Source: a virus | Lineage: Duplodnaviria; Caudoviricetes | Reading direction: 5' to 3' (one strand) | DNA length: 64,000 nt | IMG/VR virus record: IMGVR_UViG_2937808278_000002 | Span: 2,622 to 66,621 of that record | Part shown: positions 9,477 through 19,075 of the stretch, piece by piece | Layout: each line of letters opens with the position of its first letter | Numbering within the stretch: the stretch's first letter is position 1 | Program-made: the position numbers and the translations under genes | Notes under the pieces: model-generated | What the model was told of the DNA's origin: nothing | Database searches by the model: none | What the model saw: only the letters and a program-made list of their open reading frames with translations

Positions 9477-10301
9477 TTAGGCCGAGGCATCTGCCACCTC
9501 CTTCACCGGATAGACCTTGGTAAAGTGGTCGTATGCCTCTGCCAGCTTGGTGTCGTAGCGGTTTTCTTTGTAGGCGGGGCCGTTGTAGCGGCGGGCCACG
9601 TCGGCCCACTTGCCCGCCTTGAGCGCCTTGTGCAGCACCGGGTCCTGCTCGATAAAGCCGACCACGGCGCGTAGGTGTTCCGTTTCACTGCGCTGCATGG
9701 CGGCCAGCCAGTCGTCTGCCGAGGCGTAGCCCAGCGCGGGCCAATGGAAGCCCATCACCTGGAACACCCCCCAACTGGCCGACTCGATGGCGGCGGCGCG
9801 GTGCAAGGTCATGGCGGTTTGCAGGCGGGCCCATTCGGCCGGGCCGCCCTGGTAGCCGCCGCGCTTGGTGTTGCACAGGGCCGGATACAGGCCAGCCATG
9901 CGGTTGGCTTCGGCTTCCCCCTGGTGTTTGACCAGTTGCTTGAAGAACACATGGCGCTCGAACAGCAGGCGCGGGCGCTGGCAGTCGTCGAACCCTTCGC
10001 CGGCGGCCTCGACCTGGGCGAAGGCGGCGAGTTTGGCTAGCTCGACGCCGAGCCGTTCAGCGGCGTGCTGCAGATCGGTGAGGGTGAGCTGATTGCCGAT
10101 GGCGGCCCCGCGCAGGGCGGCCAGGGTGCGGGGCCCTGCCTGCCCGATGGCGGCAATCAGGTGGTCGCGTTGGAAGGCGAGCACGGCCTGCTCGGTGGCA
10201 CCGCCAAACCAGCCATCCGGCTCGACCGGGTAGCCGGCGCGCGCCAACAGTTGCTGCAGTTCGGTCACCGGTGCGCCGATGGCGCCTTTTCTGAGGGTCA
10301 T
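9477..10301 (-). CDS. Endolysin: peptidoglycan-binding domain plus N-acetylmuramidase (DUF3380-like)
   Basis: LRKGAIG...DGWFG...FQ PG-binding; VEAAG...LLFERH...SASWGVFQVMGFH...YNGPAY. Confidence 0.9.
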   Translation of the reverse strand: MTLRKGAIGAPVTELQQLLARAGYPVEPDGWFGGATEQAVLAFQRDHLIAAIGQAGPRTLAALRGAAIGNQLTLTDLQHAAERLGVELAKLAAFAQVEAAGEGFDDCQRPRLLFERHVFFKQLVKHQGEAEANRMAGLYPALCNTKRGGYQGGPAEWARLQTAMTLHRAAAIESASWGVFQVMGFHWPALGYASADDWLAAMQRSETEHLRAVVGFIEQDPVLHKALKAGKWADVARRYNGPAYKENRYDTKLAEAYDHFTKVYPVKEVADASA

Positions 10302-10606
10302 GGTTGAAACCTCCCGTTCAGGTGGCTGGCTGTGGTGGGGTGTTGACGGCGCCTTGGCAGCAGGCGCATGACGGACCCGCGGGAACCGATCAGGGTGGTG
10401 AGCACCATGGCTGCCAACAACACGGCTGCGGGGTCAGGTACAGGCAGCACGCCGAGCAGGGCGCGCAGCGGCACGGACCCGGCGGCGACGGTGAGCAGCC
10501 ACGCCAACAGTGCTGGAATGGGGCGATAGTCGCCCCCGTTACGGTTGAAGGTGGCCAGTCGGATGGCGATGGCGGCGCAGATCATGGCGTAGAGGATGGT
10601 CAGCAT
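10298..10606 (-). CDS. Holin-like membrane protein
   Basis: 102 aa with 3 hydrophobic segments, in the lysis cassette. Confidence 0.7.
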   Translation of the reverse strand: MLTILYAMICAAIAIRLATFNRNGGDYRPIPALLAWLLTVAAGSVPLRALLGVLPVPDPAAVLLAAMVLTTLIGSRGSVMRLLPRRRQHPTTASHLNGRFQP

Positions 10607-10607
10607 G

Positions 10608-10970
10608 TCAGCCCCCTTTGCGGAGTTTGAGCAGGTCTTCCGGCGCTTTGCGCAAGGCCCACTGCAGCAGGTGGACGGCCAACGCCGAGGCGAGCAGGGC
10701 GCCTACTGCTTTGGGCACTTCGACGCTTTGCGGCAGGACGCTGGCCAGCATGGCGGCAACCAGCGGGGCAGCCAGTGCACCGGCGACAAAGGCGGCGATG
10801 AACAGTCCCGCCTTGCGCAGGTTGCCGAGTTCGGCGGTGGTGGCAATAAAGACCAGCGCCCCGGCAAATGCGCCAAGGAGCACGCCGGGATCTACGCCGG
10901 GGAAGAGTGACAGCAGAGCCAGCCCGGTGAGGGTGCTGGTTGCTGCACTGGATGAGATGGGTTCGGGCAT
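10608..10970 (-). CDS. Putative holin
   Basis: MPEPISS...GVLLGAFAGA; multi-TM; upstream of the endolysin. Confidence 0.75.
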   Translation of the reverse strand: MPEPISSSAATSTLTGLALLSLFPGVDPGVLLGAFAGALVFIATTAELGNLRKAGLFIAAFVAGALAAPLVAAMLASVLPQSVEVPKAVGALLASALAVHLLQWALRKAPEDLLKLRKGG

Positions 10971-10985
10971 CGTGCTCTCCTGTTG

Positions 10986-11216
10986 TTATCGCTGGCCGCC
11001 GTAGTGGCGGGCGGCTTGAAACTCATGGATGGTTTGGCAGTCGGTGCAGCGTTCGCAGCCCCGGATCGCTTCTCTGCGCTCCTGCGGGATCGGGTCGTCG
11101 CAGTCGATGCAGTCGTGGGGGCCGGTGCCCGCAATGCTGGCGGCATGGATGCGGGCTGCGAGTTGCAGCTCGCTGATCTCGGCCTGTCGTTCAAGTTCGT
11201 CGTCGAGGCGGCTCAT
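10986..11216 (-). CDS. TraR/DksA C4-type zinc-finger protein (probable start MSRLDD)
   Basis: CIDCDDPIPQERREAIRGCERCTDCQ. Confidence 0.85.
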   Translation of the reverse strand: MSRLDDELERQAEISELQLAARIHAASIAGTGPHDCIDCDDPIPQERREAIRGCERCTDCQTIHEFQAARHYGGQR

Positions 11217-11233
11217 GTCAGTGCTCTCATGGG

Positions 11234-11437
11234 TCAGTCCCATAGCTGGATCAGGGGCGCTTCGGCCTGGGTGGGGGCATCTGGCAGGGTGATGAGGGTA
11301 CCCATCGGCAGGATGGGCCCCAGTTCTGCCAGCCGAGGGTTGAGCGTCAGCACCTGTTCGGTGATGCCCGCGGTGTAGCCGTAGTGCCGGTTGATGATGA
11401 GGTCGAGGGTTTCCCCCTGTTGGGCGCGCAACTGCAT
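11234..11437 (-). CDS. X: Tail protein X (LysM-like)
   Basis: RAQQGETLDLI...LNPRLAELGPILPMGTLITLPD...QLWD. Confidence 0.93.
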   Translation of the reverse strand: MQLRAQQGETLDLIINRHYGYTAGITEQVLTLNPRLAELGPILPMGTLITLPDAPTQAEAPLIQLWD

Positions 11438-11907
11438 CAGATGAGCTCGACCGTGGTGTGGGTAGTGCCGAGGATGTCGCGAATGGCAAAGCGGGCGTCG
11501 CGATAGAGGTCGTCGGCGGTGAGGTTGCGCGGCTCGGCGTCTTTGACCGCGTCAGCAGTGGCTGTGCTGTCGAGGTAGCGCTCGTATAGGTTGGCGCGGG
11601 CCATGCTGTAGACGGCGCGGCGATACCAGTGCACCAGCACGGATTCGGTGGCGATGCTCTCTGATGGCACGTCGGCCAGTGCGGTGTAACCGTCGCCCTG
11701 ACGGTTGATGGCCCAGCCGCTCAGGTCGCTGTTGACGGCGGCGATGGCGTCGATCACGGCATGGCGCAGCCGCTCGGTGGTGATGGTGCCATCGGTACGC
11801 ATGATAGCGCGCAGGTCGGCCAGTTTGATGACCGGCCAGAACGGGGCGCTGCTGATCTCGCCTTCGTCTTTGCTGGCCGGATTGGTGGGGATGAATCCTG
11901 AGGTCAT
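11437..11907 (-). CDS. L: Head completion protein L
   Basis: PFWPVIKLADLR...YRRAVY...RFAIRDILG. Confidence 0.92.
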   Translation of the reverse strand: MTSGFIPTNPASKDEGEISSAPFWPVIKLADLRAIMRTDGTITTERLRHAVIDAIAAVNSDLSGWAINRQGDGYTALADVPSESIATESVLVHWYRRAVYSMARANLYERYLDSTATADAVKDAEPRNLTADDLYRDARFAIRDILGTTHTTVELI

Positions 11908-12006
11908 GGCTGCTCCTTCCCCCGGTGGTTGGGCGGTGGTCGGGCCGTCTGGTATGCGAAACGCATTCGTCAGGCCCGAGCCGCCCAGGGTGCGGGGTTC
12001 GCTCGG

Positions 12007-12687
12007 TTAGCTGCCGCCGCCGGTGGCGTCGGGCTGCTGTTCTTTTTTCAGTTCACGCTCGAGCACTTCGAGCTCTTTCTTGATGCCGACCTTGTCATGC
12101 AGCTCGATGGCGCGCCGGTAGTGCTCGGCTGCCTGCTGTTTGAGTCCATCGGCGAGGCAGGCACGGCCCACCGCCTTGTGCAGCTTGGCGCGCACCTGGT
12201 CGAAGATGTCGCAGTCGGTCAGCAGCTCGAGGTAAGCGCACAGCAGGCCATAACTGGGGCCCGCGCCTGCTTCTTGCAGCTTGATGGCGGTGTCGGCCAC
12301 TTCTTCGGCGATCAGGGTGGCGGCGGTACGGTCGTATTGATCCGGGGTGCTCAGGCTGTGGCGGATCACGTAGTCGGCCATGTTGAAGGCCCCTTCCAGA
12401 TCGCCGGTGTCGAGGGTCCAGAGCATGACGGTGACCAGGACGTCATCTTGTCCGCCCCGGTCGGCGGCCAGCAGGCCATCAATCCACGGCTTGTAGACAG
12501 GCAGCATGGTGCGCTTGACGTCGATCTTGCGCTCGATGCTCTGGATGCCCTTGAGGGTGCGGCGGTGTTCGGCCAACTGCATAAGCTGGAGTTCGTAGGC
12601 GTTGGCGCGGACCTGGTCGAACTGGGGATTGGCCGCCCCTTGCAGGGCGGCCAGTACTCTTTCGCGGTGGCGACGGGCGGGTGTCAT
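12007..12687 (-). CDS. M: Terminase endonuclease (small) subunit
   Basis: MTPARRHR...RAKLHKAVG...VGIKK. Confidence 0.93.
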   Translation of the reverse strand: MTPARRHRERVLAALQGAANPQFDQVRANAYELQLMQLAEHRRTLKGIQSIERKIDVKRTMLPVYKPWIDGLLAADRGGQDDVLVTVMLWTLDTGDLEGAFNMADYVIRHSLSTPDQYDRTAATLIAEEVADTAIKLQEAGAGPSYGLLCAYLELLTDCDIFDQVRAKLHKAVGRACLADGLKQQAAEHYRRAIELHDKVGIKKELEVLERELKKEQQPDATGGGS

Positions 12688-12696
12688 GCTATCCCC

Positions 12697-13716
12697 TTAC
12701 GGCCGAGGCCCGATGACGATGTTTTCGACCAGGACGGCGCAGTCGTAGTCTTCCACGACGTAGGCATCGTTGGAGCTTTCGTAGTTGACGATGCGGTTGC
12801 GCTTGGGCTCTTCCTCGATATAGCGGCGGCGGGCGCCGTCTTGCCAATAGATGGAGAGGTTGCTGAGTTTGGTGATCAGCAGGGCGTCTTCCGGGAAGAA
12901 GGGGACACGCACGGCCTTGAGGCCGCCGATCTGCTTCTGGCTGACCAGCACTTGGGCGGCCAGTTTGTTCTGGTTGTCACCCGCATCGTTGATGATGGGG
13001 AAGTATTTGTCGGAGAGCATTTTGCGGCCGCAGATGACCACCAGTTTGGTGTCGTCCTGATGCCACGGCTGGATCAGCTCGCTCACGGCGTCGAACACCA
13101 GTGCGTCGAGATCCTTATAGTCGCCGGCGGCGGGGTCGATGTAGATCTTGCCGCTGCCCTGCACGCCCTCTTGCATGACCTGCGCCGGTGCATCCTGGCG
13201 GATGTGCTCCAGCCAGCCGACGTTCACATCTTGCAACAGCGGATTGGCGTTGCGGTCTGTGTCTTTGGCGGCGCTGGTACCGTTCCAGCCGATCATGATG
13301 CGATCCAGCCCCTGGCGAGTGATGATGGCGTCACGGACACGGGTCTGGAAATCGGGGAACTTGGCCCAGGCGTCGAGCTGGGCATACCCGATCAGGGTGT
13401 CGTAGTTGGTCTGGGCGCACTCGTAGTCGTGGGCGTACAACGAGGTCGGATCGTTGGGCTGGCGGTCTTTGGTGGCGGTGTCGGTGCGGCCGGCGATGGT
13501 GCTGCTGATACCGATGCCGACCTTCTGCCCTTTGAGTTCATCCACCGGCACCATGTTGATCATGGAGAGGAAGGCGACGGACTCCTGCATCTTGGTTTCC
13601 AGGGTCTGCTGGACGCTGGGCTGCACGTTGAACTGCTCCATGGCGCTGGTGATGGCGTTGAGTTTGGCCACCTGGCCGGTGAACTCGTTGAACTTCTGGC
13701 GGGTTTCTTTACGCAT
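12697..13716 (-). CDS. N: Major capsid protein, P2 family
   Basis: MRKETRQKFNEF...PSVQQTLE...LDRIMIGWNG. Confidence 0.96.
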   Translation of the reverse strand: MRKETRQKFNEFTGQVAKLNAITSAMEQFNVQPSVQQTLETKMQESVAFLSMINMVPVDELKGQKVGIGISSTIAGRTDTATKDRQPNDPTSLYAHDYECAQTNYDTLIGYAQLDAWAKFPDFQTRVRDAIITRQGLDRIMIGWNGTSAAKDTDRNANPLLQDVNVGWLEHIRQDAPAQVMQEGVQGSGKIYIDPAAGDYKDLDALVFDAVSELIQPWHQDDTKLVVICGRKMLSDKYFPIINDAGDNQNKLAAQVLVSQKQIGGLKAVRVPFFPEDALLITKLSNLSIYWQDGARRRYIEEEPKRNRIVNYESSNDAYVVEDYDCAVLVENIVIGPRP

Positions 13717-13728
13717 TGGGCATGTTCC

Positions 13729-14550
13729 TTAACAGTCGGTTTGAATGGTGGCGCCATCGCTACCGGTGGCTGGCTGGCGCTTGTGGCTGAGCTCTTCCTG
13801 GCCTTCCAGCTTGGTGGTGAGGTCTGCCAGTGCCTTGGCGGTGTCTTCCAGCTTGCTGGTCAGCTCGGTGATGGTCTGGGCCTGTTCGGCAAATTGCTTC
13901 TGCATACCGGCATCGAGGCTGGTGACCTCTTTTGCCACCGTTTCGACGGCTTGGTGCACGTCGCTGAAATCGGCGGTGGATTGCTTCTTGTGGGTGGAGA
14001 ACAGCGCGGTAACCCGCTCCAGCAGGCCGGGGCCTTTGTCGCTTTCGTCTTCGAATTCGATGACGGTTTCCAGCGCTTCGGTGAACAGGCAGTCATGGTG
14101 ATACTTGCGCTCGGCCAGCGGGTTGACCTTCGCTTTGCTGCAGAACTCCAGCATTTCAGTGCCAAGGCTGGCCGGGCTGTCGGTGACGGCCAGCCCCATC
14201 AGGTAGGCGCCCTTTTCGTTCAGGTTGGGGTGGATTTCGACGGAGGTGTAAACCTTCTGGCGCTTTTTGTTCAGTTCGACCAGCTCGGGGGTGGGGTCGA
14301 TCTGCACGTACAGGGCCAAGCGCTTTTCACCTTCCATGTCGACCTCTTCGGTCTTGGCTGCGGTGATGTCGCCGTACATCTTGAACTGACCGTTCGGGTC
14401 ATAGCCCCGGATGTGTTCCATATTGACCCGCGCGCCGTAGGTGGACTGGTTGTAGCGCTTGGCCATCTGTTCAATCCACTCGCGGGTGATGGTGCGCCCG
14501 TCGGTCGTGCCCCCCTCGACGGCGACGCGGAAAAATTTTGACTTAGGCAT
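13729..14550 (-). CDS. O: Capsid scaffolding protein
   Basis: KFFRVAVEGGTTDGRTI...YLMGLAVTDSPASLGTE. Confidence 0.95.
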   Translation of the reverse strand: MPKSKFFRVAVEGGTTDGRTITREWIEQMAKRYNQSTYGARVNMEHIRGYDPNGQFKMYGDITAAKTEEVDMEGEKRLALYVQIDPTPELVELNKKRQKVYTSVEIHPNLNEKGAYLMGLAVTDSPASLGTEMLEFCSKAKVNPLAERKYHHDCLFTEALETVIEFEDESDKGPGLLERVTALFSTHKKQSTADFSDVHQAVETVAKEVTSLDAGMQKQFAEQAQTITELTSKLEDTAKALADLTTKLEGQEELSHKRQPATGSDGATIQTDC

Positions 14551-14630
14551 GAGCTGGGATCCCTTTGGTGATTGGGTTTCTGGTCGGGCTCATGGTCTGG
14601 TTTGTGCGCCAGATCCTTCAATCTGTGGCT

Positions 14631-14653
14631 GTTGTAAAACCGCTGTATACAAC
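14631..14653. promoter_or_regulatory. Late-promoter activator site between the divergent O and P genes
   Basis: GTTGTAAAACCGCTGTATACAAC dyad. Confidence 0.7.
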
Positions 14654-14697
14654 GGGGGCGCGCGCTTTGTGTTTGGCGGGCTGGGTAGACTGGCGCC

Positions 14698-16464
14698 ATG
14701 ACAGCACCCTTACTTTTCCCCCATATCGAACCCAGACGGCAGGCCATGCACCTGTTCTTCCAGGGCTATCCGCTCCGCGCCATTGCTGAATTGCTGCAGA
14801 CGCCGGAGGGGACAGTCTCGACATGGAAGAAGCGCGACGGCTGGGATGACATCAAACCCATTGACCGGGTCGATTTCGCGCTGGAAGCGCGGATGTGCCA
14901 GCTGATCGCCAAGGAGGTGAAAACCGGCGTCGACTTCAAGGAGATTGACCTGCTGGGCCGGCAGTTGGAGCGGGTCGCCCGGGTCAACCGGTATAGCAAC
15001 GGCGGCAACGAGGTCGACCTCAACCCGAAGGTGGCGAACCGCAACAGGGGGCCGAAGAAGGCCCCCGAGCGCAATGTGGTGGAGCCCGAGCAGCAGGCGC
15101 GGCTGATCGAGCGCTTCGAGTCGACCATGTTTGGTTACCAGCGCACCTGGTACGAGGCCGGCAATCAGTACCGGATCCGCAACTTGCTCAAGTCGCGCCA
15201 GATTGGGGCGACCTACTTCTTTGCCTTCGAGGCGTTCATCGACGCCCTGGTCACCGGGCGCAACCAGATTTTCCTGTCGGCCAGCAAGGCGCAGGCCCAT
15301 GTGTTCAAGCAGTACATCATCCAGTTTGCCAAGGATGAAGGGGTCGAGCTCAAGGGCGACCCCATGGTGCTGCCGAACGGGGCGCACCTCTACTTCCTCG
15401 GTACCAACGCCCGCACAGCCCAGAGCTACCATGGCAATATCTACATGGATGAGTACTTCTGGATCCATGGCTTCCTGGAGTTCCGCAAGGTGGCCTCCGG
15501 CATGGCGATGCACAAGAAGTGGCGCCAGACCTACATTTCCACCCCCTCCAGCCTCTCCCATCCTGCTTATGCGTTCTGGTCCGGCGCCAACTTCAACCGG
15601 GGCAAGCCCAAGGCCGACCGGGTCGAGATTGACCTGAGCCACGCCAACCTAGCCGACGGCAAGCTGTGCGCCGATGGCCAGTGGCGGCAGATCGTCACGG
15701 TTGAGGATGCGGTGCGCGGCGGCTGCGACCTGTTCGACCTGGCACAACTGCGCAGCGAATACTCCGAGGAGGAATACCTCAACCTGCTGATGTGCATCTT
15801 CATGGATGACACCTCGAGCGTCTTCCCGCTCGCCACCCTGCAGCGCTGCATGGTCGACAGTTGGGAGCTGTGGGACGACTACAAGCCCTTTGCCCTGCGC
15901 CCGCTTGGCAGCCGACCAGTGTGGATCGGTTATGACCCGGCCAAGGGCGGGCAGGGGGATAGCGCGGGCTGCGCAGTGCTGGCCCCGCCGGCGGTACCGG
16001 GCGGCAAGTTCCGGGTGCTGGAGCGTCACCGCTGGAGCGGGATGGACTTCGACGCCCAGGCGCGGGCCATCAAAGCCATGTGCGAGCGCTACAACGTGGG
16101 CTACATCGGCATCGACACGACCGGGATCGGGGAGGGGGTTTACCAGCTGGTGAAGCAGTTCTACCCGGCGGCGACCCCCATCCAGTACAACCCGAGCGTG
16201 AAAATCCAGATGGTGATGAAGGCCCAGGACGTGATGAACAAGGGGCGCTTGGAATTCGACAGTGGTTGGACTGACCTGGCCCAGGCGTTTATGAGCATCC
16301 GCCGCGCCGTGACCGCGGGCGGCAAGCTGCCGACCTTCGAGGCCAGCCGCTCTGATGAGACCAGCCACGCCGACATTGCCTGGGCCACGATGCAGGCCCT
16401 GTTACACGAACCGCTGGCAGGTGCCACCGGTACCAATACCAGCATGATGGAGATTTTCGCATGA
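14698..16464 (+). CDS. P: Terminase ATPase subunit
   Basis: LKSRQIGAT Walker A, YMDEYFW Walker B, GYDP nuclease motif. Confidence 0.96.
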   Translation: MTAPLLFPHIEPRRQAMHLFFQGYPLRAIAELLQTPEGTVSTWKKRDGWDDIKPIDRVDFALEARMCQLIAKEVKTGVDFKEIDLLGRQLERVARVNRYSNGGNEVDLNPKVANRNRGPKKAPERNVVEPEQQARLIERFESTMFGYQRTWYEAGNQYRIRNLLKSRQIGATYFFAFEAFIDALVTGRNQIFLSASKAQAHVFKQYIIQFAKDEGVELKGDPMVLPNGAHLYFLGTNARTAQSYHGNIYMDEYFWIHGFLEFRKVASGMAMHKKWRQTYISTPSSLSHPAYAFWSGANFNRGKPKADRVEIDLSHANLADGKLCADGQWRQIVTVEDAVRGGCDLFDLAQLRSEYSEEEYLNLLMCIFMDDTSSVFPLATLQRCMVDSWELWDDYKPFALRPLGSRPVWIGYDPAKGGQGDSAGCAVLAPPAVPGGKFRVLERHRWSGMDFDAQARAIKAMCERYNVGYIGIDTTGIGEGVYQLVKQFYPAATPIQYNPSVKIQMVMKAQDVMNKGRLEFDSGWTDLAQAFMSIRRAVTAGGKLPTFEASRSDETSHADIAWATMQALLHEPLAGATGTNTSMMEIFA

Positions 16465-17501
16465 GAAAGCGCCGCCAGCCGCGCCATACCTCGCCGGTGA
16501 CGGCGACCCAGCAACCCGACCCGGCCATCGAGGCGTTCAGCTTTGGGGAGCCGGTGCCAGTGCTCAGTCAGCGGGAGGTGTTCGATTACCTGGAGGCCAT
16601 GCACAATGGCCGCTGGTACGAGCCGCCCCTTTCCCTCAATGGCTTGTCGCGGGTCTATCGGGCCGGGGTGCATCACGCCTCGGCCATCCAGGTGAAGCGC
16701 AACATCCTGCGCTCCTGCTTCATCCCGCACTCGAAACTGAGCCTGGCCGCCTTCACTGGGCTGGCGCTGGACTATCTCATCTTCGGTAACGGCTACCTGC
16801 AGGCGGTGCAGAACCGGATCGGCGGGGTGCTGCGCTATGACCACCTGCGGGCCAAATACTCCCGGCGCGGGCTGGATCTGAACCAGTATTGGTGGATTGC
16901 CCAGCCCGGGCAGGAGCAGGCGCTGCCCGCAGGCCGGGTGGGCCATGTGATGGAGGCTGACATCAATCAGGAGATCTACGGCATCCCCGACTACGTGGGC
17001 GGGCTCAACTCGACCCTGCTTAACGAGTCGGCCACCCTGTTCCGCCGCCGCTACTACGAGAACGGCAGCCATGCGGGCTTTATCATGCACATCACCGACG
17101 CGGTGCAGAATGAGGGTGACATCGCCAAGCTCAAAGAGGCCCTGCGCCAGAGCAAGGGTCCCGGCAACTTCCGCAACCTGTTGCTTTATACCCCGAACGG
17201 CAGCAAGGACGGGGTCAAGCTGATCCCGGTGGCCGAGGTGGCCGCCAAGGACGACTTCCTCAGCATCAAGAACGTGAGCCGTGATGACCAGTTGGCCAGC
17301 CACCGGGTGCCGCCCCAGCTGATGGGGGTCATGCCCAACAGCACCGGCGGCTTTGGCGATGTGACCAAGGCCGCCCAGGTGTTTGATATCAACGAGATCG
17401 ACAGCATCAAGGCCAGCCTGCTGGCGCTCAATGACTGGGCGGGGGAGGAAATAATCCGGTTCAATCCCTATCGACTGTCAGATCTGACAGGTCAGGCCTA
17501 A
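16461..17501 (+). CDS. Q: Portal protein (PBSX family)
   Basis: FSFGEPVPV...QEIYGIPDY...YYENGSHAGFI. Confidence 0.96.
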   Translation: MRKRRQPRHTSPVTATQQPDPAIEAFSFGEPVPVLSQREVFDYLEAMHNGRWYEPPLSLNGLSRVYRAGVHHASAIQVKRNILRSCFIPHSKLSLAAFTGLALDYLIFGNGYLQAVQNRIGGVLRYDHLRAKYSRRGLDLNQYWWIAQPGQEQALPAGRVGHVMEADINQEIYGIPDYVGGLNSTLLNESATLFRRRYYENGSHAGFIMHITDAVQNEGDIAKLKEALRQSKGPGNFRNLLLYTPNGSKDGVKLIPVAEVAAKDDFLSIKNVSRDDQLASHRVPPQLMGVMPNSTGGFGDVTKAAQVFDINEIDSIKASLLALNDWAGEEIIRFNPYRLSDLTGQA

Positions 17502-17553
17502 TCGGCGAGGCTATACTGACAAGGCGTTCTCTGTGATGCCGAGTAGGCGTAAG

Positions 17554-17584
17554 AAAGGCCCCCTCACCGAGGGGGCTTTGTTTT
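17554..17584 (+). terminator. Rho-independent terminator after the portal gene
   Basis: GCCCCCT/AGGGGGC stem followed by TTTGTTTT. Confidence 0.75.
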
Positions 17585-17721
17585 GCCTCTCATCTGGCGG
17601 CCTGAGCGCTCCGCCACGGCATCGACCCGCTCACCGCTCCCGACACACTCCTTGATCCTCAAGCATCGCCCCAGAGCGGCAGGCGCAGCCTGCCGACCCC
17701 TGCCAGCACCCAGCGCGCGCA

Positions 17722-17740
17722 ATCGTTACCCCGCCACGCC
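17722..17740 (-). other. cos site candidate of prophage 1
   Basis: Minus strand GGCGTGGCGGGGTAACGAT resembles the 19-nt P2/186 cos (GGCG(A/T)GGCGGGGAAAGCAC); located after Q as in P2. Confidence 0.75.
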
Positions 17741-17983
17741 TGCCCGCTTTATGTGTTGAAAATCATGCAGGTGAACGACGGGGGAAGGGGAACGGCTCCC
17801 CGCGCCAGCACTGGCCGCGCGCGGCTTTTCGGATCCTTTTTGCGATCCCTCACTTTCTGTCAGATCCTTTCAATCTTGTGCCCGCCAGCATTGCTTGACC
17901 CTCTCTGTCACAATATTGCACCCGACATAAATGTGTCCGGTCACGATTCTGGCGTGACCGGACACAATTTCTTATCTCTGACA

Positions 17984-18331
17984 TTACAAGGCTATCGTCT
18001 TGTCGCCTTGGGTGAGCCAGCACTCTGCCTCTCCCTTGAATGTTCCGCCGCACCCTTCTGGCAATGCGCAGTCGCAGTTCGGGCAGATCTGCTTTTTCAG
18101 CTCGGCTTCCTGTTCCAGCCAGCGTTCCCAGTCCCGCCGGATCAGGGTGCTGATGTACTCGTCGGCGCTGTAGGGTTCACCGGATCCGGCTCTGGCCCGG
18201 CGCAGGGTTTCCAGCTGCTCGCGCTCTCGGGTAGAGAGCGCCACCTCCACCCGCTTGATGCCAAGCGCGGCCTGGCGCTTTCTCTGTGCCTCCTTTCTGG
18301 CCTTCGCATCTTTCGGCTTTTTCATCGGCAT
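17984..18331 (-). CDS. Conserved phage hypothetical protein with C-terminal Cys cluster
   Basis: Close paralog at 53989-54321; CPNC/CGG/C possible Zn site. Confidence 0.75.
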   Translation of the reverse strand: MPMKKPKDAKARKEAQRKRQAALGIKRVEVALSTREREQLETLRRARAGSGEPYSADEYISTLIRRDWERWLEQEAELKKQICPNCDCALPEGCGGTFKGEAECWLTQGDKTIAL

Positions 18332-18672
18332 CCCCCTTTGGCATATGCACCCTGTCTCGCCCTGGTGTCCTTCCAGACCTGCTTTGCCTTCTGGCCAGCA
18401 GGTATCACCCGCTTTGCCTTCTTCGGTGGGGTGATGGTGTCCAGCTCGCCCTGGTAGAAGGGGAACCAGGTATCCTCGAATTGGATGACCCGCTCCATAC
18501 GGTCGAGCAGCAGATCGCAGATATGACGGTCAGCGGCTGGCATGTTGTCGAGCGTGCTGGTGATGGCGGCACGACCCGCCGATCCCGGCGGGTGCTGCTT
18601 GATGGTTGGCCAAAGCTGCTGGCAGAGCGGCAGCAAGCGTTCTACGTCGCCGCGGTTGATGATGTCAGTCAT
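18322..18672 (-). CDS. Hypothetical protein (probable start MTDIIN)
   Basis: ATGA overlap within the early operon. Confidence 0.6.
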   Translation of the reverse strand: MTDIINRGDVERLLPLCQQLWPTIKQHPPGSAGRAAITSTLDNMPAADRHICDLLLDRMERVIQFEDTWFPFYQGELDTITPPKKAKRVIPAGQKAKQVWKDTRARQGAYAKGGCR

Positions 18673-18872
18673 GAGCTTGGCCCCTCGTACTTGTTCCGCA
18701 TCCGGTTGGCTATCTGCCCCAGGTCTTCGGCGATGTACCACATGCTGTTGTTGTCCTTACGAGATACGACCTTGCAGCGATGAACGTTCCTACCGATCAG
18801 GATTTTGGCGGCCAGCAGTACCAGCCATGCCTCGAAATGGCGTCGAATCCAGTCTTTCAGTTCGTGGAGCAT
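18669..18872 (-). CDS. Hypothetical protein
   Basis: 67 aa, overlaps both neighbours in the operon. Confidence 0.55.
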   Translation of the reverse strand: MLHELKDWIRRHFEAWLVLLAAKILIGRNVHRCKVVSRKDNNSMWYIAEDLGQIANRMRNKYEGPSS

Positions 18873-19075
18873 GCAGCCTCCATCTCAAGTAAGTGCATGG
18901 CCTCGGCCCAGCCGCCCGGGATCCCGTTGCTGATGGCTACTACGTCCATAGCTCTGGATAGCTTCAATTCCTTACCTTTCGCCTTCTCTTCCTTCACCAG
19001 CCTTTTGGCTTTTTTTCTGCAAAATTCAACCGTATTGCCCGACGGGAATTTCAGATGGTCGTTGTCGTGCTTCAT
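18857..19075 (-). CDS. Hypothetical protein
   Basis: 72 aa, ATGA-coupled to the exonuclease gene. Confidence 0.6.
   Translation of the reverse strand: MKHDNDHLKFPSGNTVEFCRKKAKRLVKEEKAKGKELKLSRAMDVVAISNGIPGGWAEAMHLLEMEAACSTN

Noticed and set aside
11929-14541. 870-aa plus-strand ORF
   Set aside because: Antisense shadow of genes M, N and O in high-GC DNA. The same applies to most long overlapping ORFs in the track (e.g. 748-1452, 16161-17303, 47070-48284, 49163-50548).
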